Positions 49,141 to 58,600 of a DNA stretch of 64,000 bases are shown here, piece after piece. A program made the position numbers and the translations under genes. Every line of letters starts with the position of its first letter. Within the stretch, counting starts at the first letter, position 1. Source of the stretch: Eledone cirrhosa (Eukaryota); contig OZ024741.1 in NCBI GenBank assembly GCA_964016885.1, positions 217,558,001 to 217,622,000 of the forward strand, read 5' to 3'. Under the pieces are notes generated by a model. That model was not told the origin of the DNA, made no database searches, and saw nothing but the letters and a program-made list of their open reading frames with translations.

Positions 49141-49148
49141 CTTTACAG

Positions 49149-49237
49149 ATGGCCAGTTTTAATTGAACAAGAGAAAGATGTTCCTATTGAAGAAATTATA
49201 TCTGAAGATGCCTGTGTTTATATTGAAAGATATTTTG
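49149..49237 (+). CDS. Exon 3 (WPVLIEQEKDVPIEEIISEDACVYIERYFG)
   Basis: TTTACAG acceptor, G|GTAAGT donor, 89 nt, phase 2 to 1. Confidence 0.88.
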
Positions 49238-49487
49238 GTAAGTTCTCCAGAAACCAGGAAAACGTAACACCATATATACTCGGGTAGCAGTTGATCCCCT
49301 ATTCTTTTCCCCTACAAAATAAATTTTTTTTTTTTTTTTTTTTCATATATCTCCTGTAAAATGACCCTGGGTTTTCACAGACAACAGGTCAACATTTGTG
49401 AATTAAGATATTATCCTGACCATAAATTTTTTGATGAAATTAATTTTACTATGCTATCCATGGCATTTCTTCACCCAGTGATCACCA

Positions 49488-49725
49488 TTGATGTGATGTG
49501 CATTGATGATGATCACTGGGCAAAGAAATGCAAAATAATTCGAGTGGAGGGAGGCTGTGGTTGTGGAAGACCAGGATGGAAGTAGTGAGAGCTGATCTCA
49601 GATTGCTAAAGCTCACGGAGGAGATGACGAAAGAATGTGACAAGTGGAGAGATGCTGTACTCAGAAGGACCTGCCCAACCCATGCATGTGTGAAATAACT
49701 GGCATAAAATGTTGATGATGATGAT
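49488..49725 (+). mobile_element. RTE LINE 3' fragment
   Basis: Aligns to 40965-41205, with a (GAT)n tail. Confidence 0.8.
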
Positions 49726-49809
49726 ATTGTGTCCTGATGTACCCAAGTAGAAATATTTATAAGAGCTATGCAATTTTATTTATGTTTTGGTAGTAGAAAC
49801 ATTGGTATT

Positions 49810-50033
49810 AGTTGAGTTGGCAGTATTGGTACAATGTTGGGTAACATACTTTGCAGCATAGAGTTACAGCCCTTTACATTCTTAGTTCAAATCCTGCCAA
49901 GGTTAGCTTTGCTTTTCAACCTTTTGAGGTCAATAAAATAAGGTACCAGTAATCCACTGAGGGTGATTTAATTGACCCCCCCCCCCCCTCCCTTTAAATT
50001 GCTGGCCTTGTGCCAACTGTAGAAACAATTATT
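49810..50033 (+). mobile_element. SINE family A (diverged)
   Basis: TTGGCAGTATTGG, GTTCAAATCC, and a GGCCTTGTGCC…AGAAACAATTAT tail. Confidence 0.8.
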
Positions 50034-50331
50034 ACTGTAAAATCATGGTTTTACTTTAACTCATCTCAAGTCTATTTAGGCCTCTACTTATTGATATAAT
50101 TGTTTCTACTTTAGGCACAAGGCCAGCAAATCACTCAGTACATTACTGGTACTTTATTTTATACTTATTGATATAATATTCTGGATTGTGGTGGGAATTT
50201 TGGCCCCTTGAAACTAGTATCCATATAATAGTTGACCCCATATATTTAACCTCAATTTCAGCTTTTACATGAGTATATACAGTAATGAAATTTGATGTCA
50301 AACTTAAGGTGGTTTGATTTTGTTGTTTCAG

Positions 50332-50438
50332 GTATGCCCAGAATTGGTATAATGACCCAGAAAGGTGAGGGGTTGGGTTATCTTCTGGCAGAATATACAT
50401 TACCCCTGTTAAAACTTCGAGATTTGCTAATTGAACAG
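50332..50438 (+). CDS. Exon 4, start of second ubiquitin-like repeat (MPRIGIMTQKGEGLGYLLAEYTLPLLKLRDLLIEQ)
   Basis: TTTCAG acceptor, CAG|GTTTGT donor, 107 nt, phase 1 to 0. Confidence 0.85.
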
Positions 50439-51487
50439 GTTTGTCTTTTATTGTTGTTGCTTTTCTGTCTGTACACCTGTAACACACACTTCTAGTGCAA
50501 CACTCCACATTTGCATTATTGCACATGTGAAAAAAAAAGAAATTTACAGCTCACACCTATGTATGTTTAGCTGGCCTCCTATGAGGTTGTATCTCATAGG
50601 AGGTTTCTTGGGTGTTTTAATGATAGGGGATCCAGTCCTATCATGTTATTACAGATCACACCTCTGTATGTTTAGCTGGCCTCCTACAAGGTTGTATCTC
50701 ATAGGGGTCCATTGTCCTATCATGTTATTGTTTCAGCTCTCAGACATGTATGTCTAGCTGGCCTCAAATGAGGATACATTTCATAGGAGGCTGCTTGGGT
50801 ATTTTAATAAGGATTCCAGTCCTATCACGAAAAACTATGTGAAATGAAGCATCTTGCTCAAGAACACAAGCCATTTGGTCAAGGAATTGAACCCACAACC
50901 TTATGACTGAGTCTAGTTAGTACCCTAGCCACTAGGCCACATGCCTTCACCATATTAATGTGACTGTGGTGTTGCTACAATTGATGCATCACCATGTCTG
51001 ACTTTCATTGTTGTTGCTCAGATTTCACTGTCTATCCCACCTCTCAGGTTCCCATCATAGGAGTTTTTTAGGATATTTTAATAATAGGGGAAGCCCTCCC
51101 CCCTGTCCTACCAGGAAATGGAACTTGGAGTCAGAATGCACAGAATACTGCAATGCACATAGGAGGTCTATCAACAATAACTGTGAACCAGAACAACCTG
51201 GCAACCTACCATGGAAAAGCTGGTGACAGATGGTAGAATGTGAAGGGCCAAGAGAGTTTTGTTACTTATCATGGAGAAGGTTGTGGCAGATGGTGATATA
51301 TGAAGAGCCACAACAGCTGGGTATATTTTGTTGTAGCACCAGCATTATCACTTTACAGTGTTTCTGATCTATTTTATCATCATCACCATTTAACGTCCAT
51401 TTTTCTAGACTAACGTGGGTTAGTTTTATATAGTAATTTCAGGAGTATTTTTGTGATATTTTCTGAGGTTTTCTACCCTACCGGGAT

Positions 51488-51699
51488 TAACCCTTTAGCA
51501 TCTAAATTGGCCATATCCGGTCAGAATTCTCTCATCTCTTTCTGTTCAAACCAGCTGTAACCAGCCACTCATACTGACGTTAAGATATTGTTCTCAAAAT
51601 AACTAATATCAAAATCTCATAGATTCAATATGTGAGATAAAGCCTTTACCATGAAAATACAATATTAAATATAGAGTAATATAAATGCTAAAGGGTTAA
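51488..51699. mobile_element. piggyBac-type MITE 25 bp upstream of exon 5
   Basis: TTAA-CCCTTTAGCAT … ATGCTAAAGGG-TTAA. Confidence 0.85.
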
Positions 51700-51724
51700 A
51701 GTTTCCCCCTCTTTTATTTGACAG

Positions 51725-51918
51725 AGAATTGTAAACAATGTCCTACCATTCTTGTTCCTCACCTCTAATGGTTGGCCAGTGAGTTTTATCCAAGAACAGT
51801 TTCTACAAGTTATGGATGTTCTCAACAACTCCTCCATCTGCATTATGGATGACCCACCGACAAACTGTGCACTTTTAGACAGTATCATGGACAATTTACC
51901 TACACGTAAACGGAAACA
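51725..51918 (+). CDS. Exon 5 (RIVNNVLPFLFLTSNGWPVSFIQEQFLQVMDVLNNSSICIMDDPPTNCALLDSIMDNLPTRKRK)
   Basis: TTTGACAG acceptor. The CA|GTTAAG donor was chosen because it gives the phase 2 needed by exon 6. FLFLTSNGWPV..QE mirrors FTFRTRKGWPV..QE of repeat 1. Confidence 0.82.
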
Positions 51919-52075
51919 GTTAAGTCTTTCTCTTAGTTCTGTTTTTCCTTCTTAATATTTCTGTTTTTTGTTTTTAACGTACCTGTAATACGTTTTTATT
52001 TACTTTCAACCTACCTGTAATACGTTTTTAGCTACCAATAATTGCTTTAATTTTTATTTAGTTTTAACTTCAATT

Positions 52076-52109
<34 letters not shown>

Positions 52110-52113
<4 letters not shown>

Positions 52114-52322
52114 ATAATAATAATAATAATAATTTTCTACTTTTGGCACAAGGCCAGGAATTATCCCAGTGTGTTACTGGTACTTTATTTCATCGACCCC
52201 GTAAGGATGAAAGGCAAAGTTAACCTCGGCAGGATTTGAACTCGGACCATAAAGGGCCGTAACTCTTTGCTGCAAAGCATAGCGTCCGACTCTCTACCGA
52301 TACTGCCAATCCACCAGCCTTC
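52110..52322 (-). mobile_element. Full-length SINE family A
   Basis: Reverse complement of 14228-14420, embedded in (AAT)n. Confidence 0.85.
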
Positions 52323-52450
52323 ATAATAATAATAATAATGGAAATTATTGTGTACAATGTTTTTTTATCCTTTAAATTCTGTTTTCAGTTCCTACTTACC
52401 TGGAATTATCTGTTTTTAGTTCCATCTCACCTGTATTTGTCTGTTTTCAG

Positions 52451-52613
52451 TGCCAAGTCGTTAGAGAATAACGGTGATGAAATATCTGCTAAGTCAATGC
52501 ATTCCACAGGAAATGCTAAACAAATACTGATTAGTTATGTGAGGGCAGAGTCATCTGAGGTTGCACTCAGCCTCAAACAAGAACTAACTTCACTCAACAT
52601 TAGTGTATTTTTG
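52451..52613 (+). CDS. Exon 6, linker and TIR box 1 (…KQILISYVRAESSEVALSLKQELTSLNISVFL)
   Basis: TTTTCAG acceptor, TTG|GTAAGC donor, 163 nt, phase 2 to 0. ILISY is a TIR beta-A motif. Confidence 0.9.
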
Positions 52614-52699
52614 GTAAGCAACCAGTTTTTTTGTCTTTAAATGCCTTTCTAGTTTAAGACTTTTTTTCCTCTGTTTATTGTATCTATTCTCTTCCCTAT

Positions 52700-54110
52700 T
52701 TACTGTATATCTAGTTTACAATAGGTACACTGTACTCCTGTGTATATCTGGTTTAGAATAGGTACACTGTATCCCTGTGTGTATCTGGTTTACAGTAGGT
52801 ACACTATATCCCTGTGTATATCTAGTTTACAATAGGTACACTGTATCCCTGTGTATATCTAGTTTACAATAGGTACACTGTATCCCTGTGTGTATCTGGT
52901 TTACAGTAGGTACACTATATCCCTGTGTATATCTAGTTTACAATAGGTACACTGTACTCCTGTGTATATCTGGTTTAGAATAGGTACACTGTATCCCTGT
53001 GTGTATCTGGTTTACAGTAGGTACACTATATCCCTGTGTATATCTAGTTTACAATAGGTACACTGTATCCCTGTGTATATCTAGTTTACAATAGGTACAC
53101 TGTATCCCTGTGTATATCTAGTTTACAATAGGTACACTGTATCCCTGTGTATATCTAGTTTACAATAGGTACACTGTATCCCTGTGTATATCTAGTTTAC
53201 AATAGGTACACTGTATCCCTGTGTATATCTAGTTTACAATAGGTACACTGTATCCCTGTGTATATCTAGTTTACAATAGGTACACTGTATCCTTGTATCT
53301 GTCTCTGGTTTACAATAGGTACACTGTATCCCTGTATGTATCATCATCATCATCATCATCAGGTTTAGCGTCCGTGTTCCACGCTTGCATGGGTTTGGAC
53401 GGGGGTTTTCCCACTTGAGGCAAGAGTGTATGTATATGGTTTACAATCGGTACACGGTATCCTTGTGTGTCTCTGGTTTACAATAAGTACACTGTATCCC
53501 TGTATGTATATGGTTTACAATCGGTACACGGTATCCTTGTGTGTCTCTGGTTTACAATAGGTACACTGTATCCCTGTATGTATATGGTTTACAATAGGTA
53601 CGCTGTATCCTTATGTGTCTCTGGTTTACAATAGGTACACTGTATCCCTGTATGTATATGGTTTACAATAGGTACACTGTATCCTTATGTGTCTCTGGTT
53701 TACAATAGGTACACTGTATCCCTGTATGCATATGGTTTACAATAGGTACACGGTATCCTTGTGTGTCTCTGGTTTACAATAGGTACACTGTATTCCTGTG
53801 TGTATATGGTTTACAATAGGTACGCTGTATCCTTATGTGTCTCTAGTTTACAATAGGTACACTGTATCCCTGTATGTATATGGTTTACAATAGGTACACT
53901 GTATCCTTATGTGTCTCTGGTTTACAATAGGTACACTGTATCCTTATGTGTCTCTGGTTTACAATAGGTACACTGTATCCCTGTATGTATATGGTTTACA
54001 ATAGGTACACGGTATCCTTGTGTGTCTCTGGTTTACAATAGGTACACTGTATCCCTGTGTGTCTTTTGTTTACAATAAGTACACTGTAGTATGTACAATA
54101 AGTACACTGT
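52700..54110. repeat. 37-bp satellite interrupted by a short antisense RTE-type tail (53341-53425)
   Basis: Unit GTTTACAATAGGTACACTGTATCCCTGTGTATATCT(A/G). Confidence 0.93.
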
Positions 54111-54189
54111 ACTAGTATGTAGGAAATATTTCTAATAGTGTTATTATGGAAATAATTGTCTTCCCTTTGATTTCTTTCTCTTCTGCTAG

Positions 54190-54315
54190 GATGTTGATGA
54201 GATTAAAACCGGAGCTGATTGGCAAGATTCATTAAATCATGGAGTGAGCAATTGTGAAATATTCATACCTCTTCTTACCCATCGATATGGACTGACACGC
54301 TGGAGCAACAGAGAG
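54190..54315 (+). CDS. Exon 7, TIR core (DVDEIKTGADWQDSLNHGVSNCEIFIPLLTHRYGLTRWSNRE)
   Basis: CTAG acceptor, GAG|GTAAAT donor, 126 nt, phase 0 to 0. Contains a BB-loop-like segment and WxxxE. Confidence 0.92.
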
Positions 54316-54324
54316 GTAAATAAT

Positions 54325-54490
54325 TATTTCTACTTTTGGCACAAGGCCAGCAATTATCCTAGTGCATTAATGGTACTTTATTTTATCGACCCCCATAAAG
54401 ATGGCAAACTAACCTCGGCGAGATTTGAGCTCAGACCATAAAGGGACATAACTCTGTGCTGGAAAGCATGGCGTCCGACCCTCCACCGAT
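54325..54490 (-). mobile_element. SINE family A with 17-bp TSD spanning the exon 7 donor
   Basis: ACAGAGAGGTAAATAAT at 54308-54324 and at 54491-54507. Confidence 0.88.
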
Positions 54491-54511
54491 ACAGAGAGGT
54501 AAATAATAAGG

Positions 54512-54715
54512 GTTTCTTATATAGGCACAAGGCCAGCAATTTTGGGGGAGGAGTAAGTCGATTAAATCGACTCCAATATGTTACCGGTACTTTATTATTT
54601 TATCAACTTTATAAACATGGAAGGCAAAGCTAACCTCGGCAGGAGATGAGCTCAGAACGTAAAGGGCCATAGCTATATGCCGCAAAGCATGTTGTCCGAC
54701 GCTCTACCGATTCTG
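54512..54715 (-). mobile_element. Older SINE family A variant
   Basis: Same tail and body motifs, more diverged. Confidence 0.78.
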
Positions 54716-55069
54716 AATATTTAGAATTCTTAGCATTGTTATATTTTTGATTTTTGTTTTTATGGTAGTTTTAATCAGTTGCATCCATTAGTTACCTCCC
54801 TTGGCCAAATTTCAGAACTTTGTTCTTATCAAACAATAGGAGTCTGGATCCTATTGATTGTGTGACTGGGTGTCTGGATCCTATTGGCTGTGTGGCTGTG
54901 GCCTATTGATAGGGTGGGTGTCCAGAGTTTATTAACTGGGTGGGAGGGTGTCTCAAGTCTATTGGCTGGGTGGGTGTCTGGAGTCTATTGACTTGGTGTC
55001 TAGATCCTATTGATTGGGTGTCTAGATCTTATTGACTGCGTGGGTGTGGGGATATCTAGAGCCTATTGC

Positions 55070-55410
55070 TTGTGAGGGAGACCTCCATCTATAGACTCTG
55101 AAGGAGACCTCTAACTGTAGGTTGTGAGGGAGACCTCTAACTATAGGCTGTGAGGGAGACCTCTAACTATAGGCTGTGAGGGAGACCTCTATCTATAGAC
55201 TGTGATGGAGACCTCTATCTATAGGTTGTGAGGGAGACCTCTATCTATAGGTTGTGAGGGAGACCTCTAACTATAGGCTGTGAGGGAGACTTCTAACTAT
55301 AGGCTGTGCGGGAGACCTCTAACTATAGGCTGTGAGGGAGACCTCTATCTATAGGCGGTGAGGGGGACTTCTATCTAACTATAGGTTGTGAGGGAGACCT
55401 CTATAGGGTA
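55070..55410. repeat. 26-bp minisatellite (ATAGGCTGTGAGGGAGACCTCTAACT)
   Basis: About 12 copies. Confidence 0.9.
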
Positions 55411-55496
55411 AGTGTGGCCCTCTGAAGATAAGGGACCCTGTTTCCCCAAAAACCAATTACTGATCCATTATTTAATATTTATTATTTTATTTCCAG

Positions 55497-55623
55497 GTTA
55501 AACTTGCTGATATCTTAGGAAAATTTATTCTTCCTATCAACTTCCTATCTGAGTGGCCACCAAGTTGTCTCGCAATCCAATTGGCGACAACTCAGTATAT
55601 TAATGGAATACGACAGTCAGCAT
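55497..55623 (+). CDS. Exon 8, TIR C-terminal part (VKLADILGKFILPINFLSEWPPSCLAIQLATTQYINGIRQSA); gene continues beyond the window
   Basis: TTTCCAG acceptor, T|GTAAGT donor, 127 nt. KFILPI is a TIR beta-D-like motif. No stop codon is reached. Confidence 0.9.
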
Positions 55624-55669
55624 GTAAGTATGGGTGGTGGTACGGTGGCTGGTGTAGTATGGTTGTGCT

Positions 55670-58600
55670 GGGAGTAGTATGGTGTGGTGATGATCTTGGT
55701 GTTGTTGGTGATGGTGGTGTTGTTGGTGATGTTGATGGTGATGGTGATGTTGTTGGTGATGGTGGTGTTGTTGTTGGTGTAGTGATGGTGGTGATGTTGT
55801 TGGTGTGGTGATGGTGGTGATGTTGTTGGTGATGGTGGTGATGTTGTTATTGGTGTGGTGGTGTTGTTATTGGTGTGGTGGTGGTGTTGGTGTGGTGGTG
55901 TTGTTGGTGTGGTGATGTTGTTGGTGGTGATGCTGATGTTGGTGATGGTGATATTGTTGGTGATGGTGATGTTGTTGGTGATGGTGGTGTTGTTGTTGGT
56001 GATGGTGGTGTTGTTGGTGTGGTGATGTTGTTGTTGTTGGTGATGGTGGTGATGTTGTTGGTGTGGTGGTGTTGGTGTGGTGATGTTGGTGTGGTGGTGA
56101 TGTTGGTGATGGTGGTGTTCGTGTGGTGATGTTGGTGGTGATGTTGTTGGTGTGGTGGTGTTGTTGGTGTGGTGGTGTTGTTGGTGTGGTGGTGTTGTTG
56201 GTGTGGTGGTGTTGTTGGTGTGGTGGTGTTGTTGGTGTGGTGATGATGTTGGTTTGTTGGTGTGGTGGTGTTGGTGTGGTGGTGATGTTGGTGTGGTGGT
56301 GATGTTGGTGTGGTGATGTTGGTGTGGTGGTGTTGTTGGTGTGGTGGTGTTGTTGGTGTGGTGGTGTTGTTGGTGTGGTGGTGTTGGTGTGGTGGTGATG
56401 TTGGTGTGGTGATGATGTTGGTGTGGTGGTGTTGTTGGTGTGGTGGTGATGTTGGTGTGGTGGTGTTGTTGGTGTGGTGGTGTTGTTGGTGTGGTGGTGA
56501 TGTTGGTGTGGTGGTGATGTTGGTGTGGTGGTGGTGTTGTTGGTGTGGTGGTGATGTTGGTGTGGTGGTGTTGTTGGTGTGGTGGTGTTGTTGGTGTGGT
56601 GGTAATGTTGGTGTGGTGGTGTTGTTGGTGTGGTGGTGATGTTGGTGTGGTGGTGTTGTTGGTGTGGTGGTGTTGTTGGTGTGGTGATGATGTTGGTTTG
56701 TTGGTGTGGTGGTGTTGGTGTGGTGGTGATGTTGGTGTGGTGGTGATGTTGGTGTGGTGATGTTGGTGTGGTGGTGTTGTTGGTGTGGTGGTGTTGTTGG
56801 TGTGGTGGTGTTGTTGGTGTGGTGGTGTTGTTGGTGTGGTGGTAATGTTGGTGTGGTGGTGTTGTTGGTGTGGTGGTGTTGTTGGTGTGGTGATGATGTT
56901 GGTTTGTTGGTGTGGTGGTGTTGGTGTGGTGGTGATGTTGGTGTGGTGGTGATGTTGGTGTGGTGGTGTTGTTGGTGTGGTGGTGTTGTTGGTGTGGTGG
57001 TGTTGTTGGTGTGGTGGTGTTGTTGGTGTGGTGGTGTTGGTGTGGTGGTGATGTTGGTGTGGTGATGATGTTGGTGTGGTGGTGTTGTTGGTGTGGTGGT
57101 GATGTTGGTGTGGTGGTGTTGTTGGTGTGGTGGTGTTGTTGGTGTGGTGGTGATGTTGGTGTGGTGGTGATGTTGGTGTGGTGGTGTTGTTGGTGTGGTG
57201 GTGTTGTTGGTGTGGTGGTAATGTTGGTGTGGTGGTGTTGTTGGTGTGGTGGTGATGTTGGTGTGGTGGTGATGTTGGTGTGGTGGTGTTGTTGGTGTGG
57301 TGGTGTTGGTGTGGTGGTGATGTTGGTGTGGTGATGTTGTTGGTGAGGGGATGTTGTTGGTGTGGTGGTGTTGTTGTTGGTGTGGTGGTGGTGTTGGTGT
57401 GGTGATGTTGGTGTGGTGGTGATGTTGGTGTGGTGGTGTTGTTGGTGTGGTGGTGTTGTTGGTGTGGTGGTGTTGTTGGTGTGGTGGTGTTGGTGTGGTG
57501 GTGTTGTTGGTGTGGTGGTGGTGTTGGTGTGGTGGTGTTGGTGTGGTGATGTTGGTGTCGTGATGTTGGTGTGGTGGTGATGTTGGTGTGGTGATGTTGT
57601 TGGTGTGGTGGTGTTGTTGGTGTGGTGATGATGTTGGTTTGTTGGTGTGGTGATGATGTTGGTGTGGTGTTGTTGGCGTGGTGGTGGTGTTGTTGGTGTG
57701 GTGATGTTGGTGTGGTGGTGTTGGTGTGGTGGTTTGTTGGTGTGGTGGTTTGTTGGTGTGGTGATGTTGTTGGTGTGGTGATCTTGTTGTTGGAGTGGTG
57801 GTGTTGTTGGTGTGGTGATGTTGTTGTTGTTGGTGATGGTGGTGATGTTGTTGGTGTGGTGGTGTTGGTGTGGTGATGTTGTTGGTGTGGTGGTGGTGTT
57901 GGTGTGGTGGTGATGTTGGTGTTGGTGTGGTGTTGTTGGTGTGGTGGTGATGTTGTTGGTGTGGTGATGTTGTTGGTGTGGTGGTGTTGTTGGTGTGGTG
58001 ATGTTGTTGTTGTTGGTGATGGTGGTGATGTTGTTGGTGTGGTGGTGATGTTGTTGGTGTGGTGGTGTTGGTGTGGTGATGTTGTTGGTGTGGTGGTGAT
58101 GTTGGTGTGGTGGTGTTGTTGGTGTTCGTGTGGTGATGTTGTTGGTGGTGATGTTGTTGGTGTGGTGGTGTTGTTGGTGTGGTGATGATGTTGGTGTGGT
58201 GGTGATGTTGGTGTTCGTGTGGTATGTTGATGGTGGTGATGTTGTTGGTGGTGATGTTGGTGTGGTGGTGTTGTTGGTGTGGTGATGATGTTGGTGTGGT
58301 GTGATGTTGGTGTGGTGGTGTTGTTGGTGTGTGGTGTTGTTGGTGTGGTGATGATGTTGGTTTTGGTTGGTTGTGGTGGTGATGTTGGTGTGGTGGTGTT
58401 GGTGTGGTGGTGTTGTTGCTGTGGTGGTGTTGTTGGTGTGGTGGTGTTGTTGGTGTGGTGGTGATGTTGGTGTGGTGATGTTGGTGTGGTGGTGGTGATG
58501 TTGGTGTTGTTGGTGTGGTGGTGATGTTGGTGTGGTGTTGGTGTGGTTGTGTTGTTGGTGTGGTGGTGATGTTGGTATGGTGGTGTTGTTGGTGTGGTGG

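Noticed and set aside
51905-51911. Alternative exon 5 donor C|GTAAAC
   Set aside because: It gives phase 1, which is incompatible with exon 6 (phase 2 needed).
52338-52640. 100-aa ORF as a stand-alone gene
   Set aside because: Only 52451-52613 is exon 6. The rest is intronic read-through.
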